Part shown: piece after piece, positions 28,733 through 37,607 of the stretch | Numbering within the stretch: position 1 is the first letter of the stretch | Layout: the number at the start of each line of letters is the position of its first letter | Source: Candidatus Zixiibacteriota bacterium | Lineage (GTDB): Bacteria; Zixibacteria; MSB-5A5; GN15; PGXB01 | DNA: 64,000 bases | NCBI GenBank assembly: GCA_016933955.1 | Contig: JAFGTT010000030.1 | Span: 21,362 to 85,361, forward strand | Reading direction: 5' to 3' | Translations under genes and position numbers: made by a program | Notes under the pieces: generated by a model | Told to the model about the DNA's origin: nothing | Seen by the model: the letters and a program-made list of their open reading frames with translations, nothing else | Databases searched by the model: none

Positions 28733-29635
28733 ATGTACCCCCCCTCTATCATGAGGTTAATGGTCGGCATGGATGAGGAAAAGAAAATAGTCATAGTCTC
28801 CGATGGAACCGGGAAAACCGCCAAGCGGCTCATGGATGCGGTCCTGGCCCAGTATGACCAGCACGAAGTTGAATATTCCATAGCTGGCATTTACCAAGAA
28901 GCCAGAGATAAAAAGAAAATCAACGTGATTTTAAAGAATATCGAGAACGATTACCTCGTTATTTATTCCATCATATCCGAAAATCTAAGCCGGTATTTTC
29001 ATGAGAAGTTATCTAAGAGAGGCATTCTCCATCTCAATGTCCTGCGCCCGATGCTTAAAACGGTATCGAAATTCCTGGGGGTTCATCCTGATTACCGCCC
29101 CGGTATTCTCCAGATTGTAGATGATCGTTATTATAAGAAAGTCGATGCTATCGGCTATACGGTTCAACACGATGATGGCGGGGGACCATTGATAACTGAA
29201 GCTGATCTGGTTCTGGTTGGACTTTCACGAACCTGCAAGACACCGATCAGTATGTACCTGGCCTGCAATCACGGACTCAAAGTGGCCAATATCCCCATCT
29301 TTCCGGAGGATCATGTAAAGGAATACTTGCTTGATCGCCTCAAGGTCGTGAACAAGGAAATAATTTTCGGATTGATCATGCACCCGGAGATTCTGGCCGA
29401 AGTCCGCGAAGAACGCCTGCAATATCTGGTTCGGGCCGAATCCGAACATGAAAAACTAAAACAATATTATGATCTCCATGAAATTCAGAAAGAACTAAAA
29501 TTTTGCCTTAAGCTGTATGATGAGATTGGATGGCAGACCATCGATGTCACCCGGCGGGCAATTGAAGAAATTTCTCATGAAATAATGAATAAACTCGGAT
29601 TCTCCGAAGAAGAATATAGCCACGACATAATTTGA
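28733..29635 (+). CDS. Pyruvate, phosphate dikinase / PEP synthase regulatory protein (bifunctional kinase-pyrophosphorylase, DUF299)
   Basis: IVIVSDGTGKTA N-terminal motif and P-loop LVGLSRTCKTP. ~270-300 aa. The true start may be one of the in-frame ATGs at 28751-28769 because the RBS spacing at 28733 is only 2 nt. Confidence 0.8.
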   Translation: MYPPSIMRLMVGMDEEKKIVIVSDGTGKTAKRLMDAVLAQYDQHEVEYSIAGIYQEARDKKKINVILKNIENDYLVIYSIISENLSRYFHEKLSKRGILHLNVLRPMLKTVSKFLGVHPDYRPGILQIVDDRYYKKVDAIGYTVQHDDGGGPLITEADLVLVGLSRTCKTPISMYLACNHGLKVANIPIFPEDHVKEYLLDRLKVVNKEIIFGLIMHPEILAEVREERLQYLVRAESEHEKLKQYYDLHEIQKELKFCLKLYDEIGWQTIDVTRRAIEEISHEIMNKLGFSEEEYSHDII

Positions 29636-29712
29636 TCCATCCCAACCCAGTCTTTTATAGGCTCGATTTCAAAATAGATACAATCTTTTCGGATTCGATG
29701 TTTCCGGGGCTA

Positions 29713-30660
29713 TTATCTGAACAAATTTATCCAGTCGGAAAAAGCGTGCATCAAACCGACACCCCAAATATTGCCGGTTCTCAGATAAGTATAGCCGAAG
29801 AAGAGACTAATCGGAATCAATGCCAGGCAGTCTAAAAGAGCGGATCCGGGGTCCATTCCCCCGACACCGATTCTCTGGGCGAAATGAGCCATAGCCATTA
29901 TAATCGAAGTTAATATCCATCCGGGAATCGTCTTCAACCAGGCCATCATGCGAGTCTGCAAATAACCACGATAAACAAATTCCTCGGCGAGACCGACTAT
30001 CGAGAAATAAATAAAAGCCCGGAAATGCAGCGATCCCAAACCCGGATGACCGGAATTCCTGACCAAAGTTACAAATATAGCGACCAATCCGATAATCAAA
30101 CCGATTACAAGTGAGCCCCACAGGTTATTGGAATTAACTCCGGCTGTGGAATAGGACTCATGGAGAGTCTTCAGAGCAATTCCCACGGGAATTAGTATCA
30201 GCAAAGAGATAATGATCAGATTAAAAATCTCGGAAATATAATAAGACCTCGGCTGAGAATTATCAACCGCAGACTCTGCTGAATCATTTACGGGGCAGCT
30301 GTCTTTGACAAAAGCCATTTCCCTGAGAAGGGCGGAATCGGCTGGCTGGAGGAATTCCAGATCGGGAAGGATTTCTTCGACGGCCATGGAATCGAATTGA
30401 GCCGGTAGTTTAATGTCGGGGTCCGGCTGAATTTCCCCGTTTTGAGTTTCATCCCGGCTGATTTGCGGAATTGAAAAGAAAAGTACAGATACTGCCAGGA
30501 TTCCAATAAAAACCGCCAGCAAAGCAGTCGTAGCGCTTTTTCGGGGATTATCAAAATGAGGCGCCCGGTATTTCAGTCCGAATAATCGGGAAATCAGGTA
30601 TATTGCCGCGCCGCCGCCGATCAACCATAAGACCGACAAAATATATCCGATAATTTTCAC
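29713..30660 (-). CDS. CPBP-family intramembrane glutamic metalloprotease (CAAX protease/Abi domain)
   Basis: The C-terminal half contains EEFVYRGYLQ, FAQRIGVG and MHAFSDW motifs typical of PF02517. Multiple TM helices. Confidence 0.7.
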   Translation of the reverse strand: MKIIGYILSVLWLIGGGAAIYLISRLFGLKYRAPHFDNPRKSATTALLAVFIGILAVSVLFFSIPQISRDETQNGEIQPDPDIKLPAQFDSMAVEEILPDLEFLQPADSALLREMAFVKDSCPVNDSAESAVDNSQPRSYYISEIFNLIIISLLILIPVGIALKTLHESYSTAGVNSNNLWGSLVIGLIIGLVAIFVTLVRNSGHPGLGSLHFRAFIYFSIVGLAEEFVYRGYLQTRMMAWLKTIPGWILTSIIMAMAHFAQRIGVGGMDPGSALLDCLALIPISLFFGYTYLRTGNIWGVGLMHAFSDWINLFR

Positions 30661-30898
30661 CGCCGATCAAAAAGATTAATAAATGTAAAATAATGGCGTA
30701 TTCGGTCGGGTATTAATTTTACCACGGACTCCCATTACCGATTATTAAAGGTATAAATGTATTGAGATTTCGTGTCAATCAAAAAATAGATTTTCAGAGA
30801 AATTAATGATAATCATTGACCGGATATTTTAAAAAATCCGATCTTGACGTCTTCCATATTCATGATATATTATCCTGTAAAAATCAGGCAAGTCTTTT

Positions 30899-33187
30899 AT
30901 GTCCATGAAATTAGCACTATTTTTATTTTATATCCTGGGTGTCGCGGCCGTTACATCGGTCATGGCCGCGGAACAATATATTATCGACCCTATCGACGAT
31001 CCCCTGGTTTTGCCATACCGCTTTTTAACAAAAATAAGGAATACCAATCGCAACGGCGACATATGCATTCCCGTGGATTTAAATAATGATGAGCGGCCGG
31101 GGATGGCCGCCGTCGGCCAGAACTGGCGTCCCCCGGATACTCTGTCATGCCTGATATTTTACACCGATATTTATCGTTCCCGAGCCATTCGACATTTCAA
31201 TATGAGGACTCTTCGGGTTGACAAACCATTTGCCTATGATTTTAACGGTGATGGCAACGAGGAAATCGCGGTCACTTATACCGCCTTCGACAGCCTGTGG
31301 TTTGAGGTTTACAATGTTGATTCCGGTCTGATTTATCGTCGTTGTCTGGTAACCGGCGACGATCTTGATAGTAACGGGTACTGGGATGGCACAGGTGATA
31401 TTCTGGCGGCCCACGATTTAAACGAAGACGGGCGGGCCGAAATTCTTATCGGTTTCGATACCGGCTATGATCTCTATCCGCGCGGGATAATGTGCCTGGA
31501 TATTTTTCGGAATCAGGTTCTCTGGCAATATAATATCGCCGGAATTGTCAACGATGCCAATTTTCATATTATTCGCGATCCTGAACAGGATGGATTTCTG
31601 ATTATTTTCGGGATCTCGTCCAAGGGCAATGCGGTCCGTGAAAAGGATATGGATGACCAGCATACATATCTGGTGGTCCTGGATGGCGGAGGGAAAGAAA
31701 AGTGGAAAGTCGTGGCAGGGGAAACATTTTCGGGGACAAATCCGGTACTGGTGGATTATGACGGTGACGGCCGGCCGGAAATACTGACCGATTTCTATTT
31801 CAGTAAAGATACTGCGGGAATGGATATTCCCGGCGGACGGGGATGGCTGGGGCTGTATTCGCTGGATGGAAAAGAACTTCAGAAAATTAATCCGGGTCCC
31901 GAGCGCCAGGTTTTCGTTTCTGAAACGCTTGATCTGGATGGGGATAATATTGACGAAATTATATTCGATTATAGAGACAATTATGTCTATGTGTACGACC
32001 GGTCGATAAACTTAATCAAAGTCTGCAGTCTGTATGTTATCTCAAGAATTCTGGATTGCCGCAGCTTTCTGGGAGGAGATGACCGGCAGTTATTATTTGC
32101 AACCGGCGATAATCGATTGCTCCTGACCGATATAAATTTTAAACCCCTGGCCATAACCGATTCGAAGGATAATATCAGGGTTTCGACCTATTTTACTACC
32201 GGTGCCCGGGGCGGATCAGCACGGGAGCATATTCTTATCAATAACGATTTCGCCCGAGAAAACTATATTTTCGGGTTTCAAAAAGCCCCCTGGTTTACCA
32301 TTTTCTCTCGCCATCCCATTCTTGCCTTTCTGGCCGCCTTTATTCCTTTGAGTATCATAATCGGTGTTGTCTGGTTGATCCTGGCGAAATTCCGGGCCAA
32401 GAATAAAATCATTTCACGTCAGAAAAACGAACTGGATAAGACTTTATTGGAATTAAAGAAAACCCAGGAAAAGCTGATTGCCGCCGAAAAATACAGGCTT
32501 GCCAGAGATATTGCCGGAGGCGTAGCCCATGAAATCCGCAATGCTTTGTACCCAGCCGGAAGTCTGCTGGACAAACTCCAGGATTTACTTCAATCAGGGC
32601 GGATTGAAGATCCTGAGAGAATTCAGCGTCTGCTGGAAATGATCGGCGGGTCGATAAAAAATGCCAACAAGATGATAGATCTTGTCACTCAATATTCAAA
32701 ACTGGAATCTGAACGCCGGACGGAAGCAATCAATTTACAGCAGGTGTTACACGCTATTATCGAGCAAAACGCGGATAGAATAAAGGAGCAGGAGGTGCAG
32801 ATCAATATCGATATACCCCCGGAGACGGCGATATACTGCCACCAGGCTCATGCCTTTTCGCTGTTCAATAACCTGATGATAAATGCTCTTGACGCTCTTA
32901 ACGGAGCGGAGTGTAAGACTATTGCAATAAAAGCCGGGCCCGCTGAGGATAAATATATCAGGATAGAATTCGCCGATAGCGGGACGGGGATTCCTCAGGA
33001 AAATATTCCCCGGGTTTTTGATGCCTTTTTCAGTACCAAACCGAACACCGGGACGGGACTCGGTCTGGCAATCGTAAAAAAAATAACGGAATTATATGGC
33101 GGCGATATTAAAATCAAATCAGAACTGGACAAAGGCACCAAATTTATTATATTAATGTCATTACTGGAATCAGATACTCAGGCTTAA
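30899..33187 (+). CDS. Sensor histidine kinase with a large periplasmic FG-GAP/beta-propeller-type repeat domain
   Basis: Signal peptide, then ~450 aa with repeated D-x-[DN]-x-D-G-x-x-E Ca-binding-like motifs (FNGDGNEEIAV, LNEDGRAEILIG, DYDGDGRPEILTD, DLDGDNIDEIIFD). A TM helix follows. HisKA H-box IAGGVAHEIRNAL and HATPase_c (DSGTGI, GTGLGL). Confidence 0.8.
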   Translation: MSMKLALFLFYILGVAAVTSVMAAEQYIIDPIDDPLVLPYRFLTKIRNTNRNGDICIPVDLNNDERPGMAAVGQNWRPPDTLSCLIFYTDIYRSRAIRHFNMRTLRVDKPFAYDFNGDGNEEIAVTYTAFDSLWFEVYNVDSGLIYRRCLVTGDDLDSNGYWDGTGDILAAHDLNEDGRAEILIGFDTGYDLYPRGIMCLDIFRNQVLWQYNIAGIVNDANFHIIRDPEQDGFLIIFGISSKGNAVREKDMDDQHTYLVVLDGGGKEKWKVVAGETFSGTNPVLVDYDGDGRPEILTDFYFSKDTAGMDIPGGRGWLGLYSLDGKELQKINPGPERQVFVSETLDLDGDNIDEIIFDYRDNYVYVYDRSINLIKVCSLYVISRILDCRSFLGGDDRQLLFATGDNRLLLTDINFKPLAITDSKDNIRVSTYFTTGARGGSAREHILINNDFARENYIFGFQKAPWFTIFSRHPILAFLAAFIPLSIIIGVVWLILAKFRAKNKIISRQKNELDKTLLELKKTQEKLIAAEKYRLARDIAGGVAHEIRNALYPAGSLLDKLQDLLQSGRIEDPERIQRLLEMIGGSIKNANKMIDLVTQYSKLESERRTEAINLQQVLHAIIEQNADRIKEQEVQINIDIPPETAIYCHQAHAFSLFNNLMINALDALNGAECKTIAIKAGPAEDKYIRIEFADSGTGIPQENIPRVFDAFFSTKPNTGTGLGLAIVKKITELYGGDIKIKSELDKGTKFIILMSLLESDTQA

Positions 33188-33201
33188 TTAAATTTTAAAT
33201 T

Positions 33202-34554
33202 ATGAAAACCAAGAGCACGATCTTAATCGTCGATGATGATGGTCCTGTTTTGCGGGCTCTCAACGAAACCTTTATCGATGAGTATAATGTCATCCTGGCC
33301 GCCTCGGGAGAGGAGGCTCTTAAAATTATCCGAGAACAGCCCGAACTGGAAGTGGTCATTCTGGATATAAAAATGGCTCGGATGGATGGTCTGCAAACAG
33401 CCGCAGGTATAAAAGAAATCAATCCTGATCTCCCCATCATATTCCATACCGGCCATCCGGGCGAATACTCGGAAAAACAGATCGAAGCAGAATACCACCC
33501 ATATGATTATGTTGTTAAAGATGAGCGTCCGGCGCGGCTTCGGCGGGCGGTCAGAAACGCCATTCAGATACATAGCTACCGGAATCGCTCGGAGGAGATA
33601 GTCAGCCTGGCTCGCTCGCAGTACCGCATGGTCGGGAAATCGGCCCGGATGCAGGAAGTTTATCGGCTGATAGAAAAGGTTGCCCCGACCGAAAGCCGGG
33701 TGATAATTACGGGACCCACCGGAAGCGGTAAGGAACTGGTGGCCATGGCTATCCACAACCGCAGTCGCCGGGAGAGGCAGGGAATAAAAATTTTCAACTG
33801 CAATCATAAACAACCGGACTTGGTCGAATCGGAACTTTTCGGCCATTTGAAAGGTTCCTTTACCGGGGCGGTCGAGGATAGGATCGGGCTTTTTGAATAT
33901 GCCGATGGGGGCACGATTTTCCTGGATGAAATCGGCGATCTGGATGTTACTACCCAGGCCAAACTCCTGCGGGCGATTGAAACCGGACAGATAAAAAAAA
34001 TCGGGTCTCCGGATATGCAGAAAGTCGATGTCCGCGTAATCTGTGCTACCAATAAGAATCTGGATGAGATGGTGGCAGCAAAGGTTTTCCGGGAAGATCT
34101 TTATTATCGGCTGAAGGGAATTATTATCGAGTTGCCGCCGCTTTCTGAGAGACGGATGGATATTCCCGACCTGGTGACCTCTTTCAGCGAGCAGTACTAC
34201 CTTGAAAACGGAAACTGCTTCAAGGTCTTTGAGCCGGCGGCGATGGAGCTTCTGATCGAATACGACTGGCCGGGCAATGTCCGCCAGTTATTGCATGCCG
34301 TCCAATCACTGATAGATCTTTCGATATCGTCTTATATTACCCGCGATAATGTGGAAGAATACCTGAATTTCGGAATCAGCGAGGAAATCAATGACCAGAG
34401 TTTCAATTTGCAGCTTAACCATGCCAGAAAAAAAATTATTGCCAGGGCATTATACAGATCCGGTAACAATATCAGCGCCGCAGCGAGAATGCTTTCTCTC
34501 GATCCCTCCAATCTCCGCAAAATGATTATAGAATTGAAGATTCAATCAGGTTAA
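33202..34554 (+). CDS. Sigma54-dependent response regulator (NtrC family: REC, AAA+ sigma54-activator and Fis-type HTH)
   Basis: REC domain (LIVDDD ... ILDIKMARMDG). Walker A GPTGSGKE. GAFTGA-type loop reads GSFTGA. C-terminal HTH (NISAAARMLSL). 14 nt after the kinase gene. Confidence 0.85.
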   Translation: MKTKSTILIVDDDGPVLRALNETFIDEYNVILAASGEEALKIIREQPELEVVILDIKMARMDGLQTAAGIKEINPDLPIIFHTGHPGEYSEKQIEAEYHPYDYVVKDERPARLRRAVRNAIQIHSYRNRSEEIVSLARSQYRMVGKSARMQEVYRLIEKVAPTESRVIITGPTGSGKELVAMAIHNRSRRERQGIKIFNCNHKQPDLVESELFGHLKGSFTGAVEDRIGLFEYADGGTIFLDEIGDLDVTTQAKLLRAIETGQIKKIGSPDMQKVDVRVICATNKNLDEMVAAKVFREDLYYRLKGIIIELPPLSERRMDIPDLVTSFSEQYYLENGNCFKVFEPAAMELLIEYDWPGNVRQLLHAVQSLIDLSISSYITRDNVEEYLNFGISEEINDQSFNLQLNHARKKIIARALYRSGNNISAAARMLSLDPSNLRKMIIELKIQSG

Positions 34555-34828
34555 TTCTACCATATGAACGATCGGGCCATCCGGTGAAATTAACCTTTAT
34601 TGCCTTAATAAAATCCCTCTCCATATGTAAGTCATTAATTATCAACGAATAATTGATCGAATATCGGAATCGATTTCCGGCATGGTTTTTGTTGTTAAAT
34701 ATTAAACGGATAGGAAATATTGAATTCCGTTCCGGGGATAATAGGACTTTACTAATCAACCGGATTTGTCATAATAAATATTTTCGGGGGGAAGCCAAAT
34801 AGCTCATTCGTGAGAATGAGCACCTTGA

Positions 34829-34864
34829 CCCGACGGTGCCGTGCTCTCGCCGTCGGGTTTTTTT
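34829..34864 (+). terminator. Intrinsic terminator (ACCCGACGG ... CCGTCGGG plus T7)
   Basis: 8 bp GC-rich stem with a structured 13 nt loop, followed by TTTTTTT. Confidence 0.5.
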
Positions 34865-34881
34865 GGCTTCTTCTCCTTATT

Positions 34882-34912
34882 AAAAAAACCGGCTTCATTG
34901 AGCCGGTTTTTT
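34882..34912. terminator. Bidirectional terminator (A7-CCGGCT-TCATTG-AGCCGG-T6)
   Basis: Hairpin flanked by an A-run and a T-run, 25 nt downstream of the stop of the minus-strand gene 34938..36350. Confidence 0.55.
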
Positions 34913-34937
34913 AATTTTTCAAGGCAGGGGTCGTTTT

Positions 34938-36350
34938 TCAGCAGGGGACCGTTTTTTTCTCAAAAGTCACCGCCCCCAGTATCGAATCGACATAAAAATA
35001 ACTTTCGGGGTGAAAAGGAGTGTAGAACAGGCTGACTTCAGCGGGTTCGAATTTCCATCCGGTCGATTCGGAACGAATTCCTTTCTGGATCCGATCGCGG
35101 TAAATAACAACTTCGGCCAGCGTACAGGCGTCTTCCAAACCCAGAGTAACCCGGGCAAAGCGGCCATCGAGACTATCCAGCGGAGTCAGATCCAGTTTGG
35201 GGTAGGCCGATGATATTCGCCTGGTCAGTTTATACAACGACTCGAGGTTGGGGAATTTGAAGGCCGGAATCACCAGCCGGTTGGAATCATGGATACCGCC
35301 GATTACCGGTCGAAAGCGGACCATATCCGGGTCGGACAGGCCAAAGGACCAGAAGGGAAAAAGCCGGTCATGGGGCCCGATATCTGATACCGCCTGGGCC
35401 AGGCCGTTATCAGTCAGCTTGGTTTTATCCATCATAATCAACTGCCGGCAATTATCACAGATATAGATGTATGATTGGTCGGTCGGGAGATCAAAACCGC
35501 ATTCGGGACAACGATGAAAATCCACTTGGAGACTGGAGGATTCATGAACGGCCAGATCATCTTCAAACAAAAAATCTTCCTCCGGCATGTTTTCGAGATG
35601 TTTGACAACTCGCCCGGTAACGCCGTCAATAATAAAAAAGCGGTTAGTATCCCGATGAGGAGATTCGGCCAGATAGTAGGGAAAATAGAGGAGTGAACCG
35701 ATCGGGTGAAACAATTCGGTTTTGTTTTTCCCGAAATCGGCCTGATCGATTTTACCGATGGCCGAAATGGCTCCCTGAAGGTCTGTACGGGCTTGTTCCC
35801 AGGTTTTGAGAATAGGCAAACAACCGAAGTCATCCTCGACATTTTCTCTTGAAAACGGAACCATTCTTATATATTCCGTTCGCATCCCAATGGTCTGGGG
35901 GATATAGTCATGTCTTACTCCCGCCGCCACGGTGGCGATGTAAGGAGTCAGGCGAATATCGGTCATATGTTGTTCACAAGTGATTTCCTGTTCGCAATTA
36001 TCCTGTTGCCCGGTATAACGTTCTACAATTTTATTCCTGACTTTCAAAACAACGGCATCGATTTTCCAGTAAGGATAATAGATACTTCTGATTGACAGGT
36101 CCGACCGGGTCAGGGGAAGATTGTTCTGTTTGAGAAAACGATCGATCTGGAAACGGATTTCGCTATTGGGCTTTTCCGAGCGAACCAGGTAAACCGGCGG
36201 CGTTTCCGGCATGACAATCCGCAAATGGGAGCCGCAATGCTGGCAGGTTAGAACGAAAAAATCGGCCTGTAGTTCGAGGTCACCCCCGCATCCGGGACAG
36301 GTGACCCCGATAAAAAAACCGCTTTTATGGCTGCTGGTTGTCGCTTTCAT
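34938..36350 (-). CDS. Hypothetical protein built from two tandem modules, each a CxxC...CxxC zinc ribbon followed by an uncharacterised domain with an aromatic-Pro-aromatic-Trp motif
   Basis: Module 1 has CPGCGG ... CQHCG, then YYPYWKIDAVVL. Module 2 has CPECG ... CDNCR, then LFPFWSFGL. No TM helices. 26 nt overlap with the upstream SPFH gene. Confidence 0.45.
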   Translation of the reverse strand: MKATTSSHKSGFFIGVTCPGCGGDLELQADFFVLTCQHCGSHLRIVMPETPPVYLVRSEKPNSEIRFQIDRFLKQNNLPLTRSDLSIRSIYYPYWKIDAVVLKVRNKIVERYTGQQDNCEQEITCEQHMTDIRLTPYIATVAAGVRHDYIPQTIGMRTEYIRMVPFSRENVEDDFGCLPILKTWEQARTDLQGAISAIGKIDQADFGKNKTELFHPIGSLLYFPYYLAESPHRDTNRFFIIDGVTGRVVKHLENMPEEDFLFEDDLAVHESSSLQVDFHRCPECGFDLPTDQSYIYICDNCRQLIMMDKTKLTDNGLAQAVSDIGPHDRLFPFWSFGLSDPDMVRFRPVIGGIHDSNRLVIPAFKFPNLESLYKLTRRISSAYPKLDLTPLDSLDGRFARVTLGLEDACTLAEVVIYRDRIQKGIRSESTGWKFEPAEVSLFYTPFHPESYFYVDSILGAVTFEKKTVPC

Positions 36351-37464
36351 TAACCGCCTTTCCGCATTCGCCGCAGAATTTCGAACCCGGTATCAATTCT
36401 GTCCCGCAATGCGGGCAACTCGGTTTGGTATCAAGCTTATAACCGCAGTGCATGCAGAAATTGGCCTCGGTCGGCAATTCCTGGTTGCATGAAGGACAAC
36501 GGTTGAGAGCCACCATCTGGTGTCCGCAACGATAACAAAAACGGGATTGCTCCGGTGTATCGGCATGGCAGGTGGGACATGTGACCGTTGAAATTGCTTC
36601 CCGGCGCAAATCTTTCTGTTCCGGAGTAAACACGCTTGACATCACCCCCGGCATCATCATTCCCACCCCGGCGGCAACACCAACCCCGGCTCCGGCTCCG
36701 GCCATCCCGCCGCTGGCGCCCAGGCCTTTGGCCATTTCGAATTTAAGAAAACGGTCAAGATCGCCAACGGCCTCGAGCCCGGATCGCTGATCGATCATTT
36801 TGGAGACCTCATCCGGCGGGGTAATCGAGGCGATGTAGAAATCGACCAGTTCAAGACCGTATTTTTCGAATTCATTATGAACAACCTGTTTGAAATCTGC
36901 GGCCAGTTCGGTATAGATGGCCGGCAGGTCGAGAATGGAATCGAGTTTCTCGCCGAGCATATCATTCATCCGGGCGATAATCACATCTCGGAGATAACTC
37001 TGGATATCATCGGTGGTATACTTGGCCTGGCGGCCGACAATGGAATTGAGAAACAGGCTGGGTTCCTTGATCCTCATGGTAAAGGCTCCATGCCCGCGAA
37101 GACGGATCAGACCCAACTTGCTGTCTTTGAATGTGACCGGATGTTTGGTTCCCCATTTCAGGTTGGTGAAAACTTTCAGGTTGACAAAATAGACTTCGGC
37201 CCGAAAAGGCGAGTTGAATCCAAAAGGAAAAGCCAGCATCCGGGTCAGAATGGGGATATTGAGAGTGGTCAGAGTGTGCCGTCCCTCGGAGAAGGAATCG
37301 GCGGCATGGCCGTTCTTAAAGAAAATAGCCATCTGGCTTTCGCGGATGATAAGCTGAGCGCCCATCTTAAAATCAGCCGAACCCTCCTGAGGGATACGAT
37401 ATATCATCTCCTCGCCGGTTGGGTCCATCCATTCAATGATTTCGATTAAAACCGACATAATCAA
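36325..37464 (-). CDS. SPFH/band-7 domain protein (COG4260-like) with a Gly/Ala/Met-rich linker and three C-terminal zinc ribbons
   Basis: SPFH-like N-terminal 260 aa. Then GASGGMAGAGAGVGVAAGVGMMMPG. Then CPTCH..CYRCG, CPSCN..CMHCG, CPHCG..CGECG. Confidence 0.65.
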   Translation of the reverse strand: MIMSVLIEIIEWMDPTGEEMIYRIPQEGSADFKMGAQLIIRESQMAIFFKNGHAADSFSEGRHTLTTLNIPILTRMLAFPFGFNSPFRAEVYFVNLKVFTNLKWGTKHPVTFKDSKLGLIRLRGHGAFTMRIKEPSLFLNSIVGRQAKYTTDDIQSYLRDVIIARMNDMLGEKLDSILDLPAIYTELAADFKQVVHNEFEKYGLELVDFYIASITPPDEVSKMIDQRSGLEAVGDLDRFLKFEMAKGLGASGGMAGAGAGVGVAAGVGMMMPGVMSSVFTPEQKDLRREAISTVTCPTCHADTPEQSRFCYRCGHQMVALNRCPSCNQELPTEANFCMHCGYKLDTKPSCPHCGTELIPGSKFCGECGKAVNESDNQQP

Positions 37465-37607
37465 TCCTTATATTTAGTTATTGGAATTTGCTGTTGTTTA
37501 TAAGTTTTTCGACAATTTGCCGCCGTATCTTGACCGGATAGTGATTTTTCGATAAAAACAGCGGCTGCCGTCTTCCGGGGTCTTCAAATTTGAATAATGG
37601 AGGGGTT

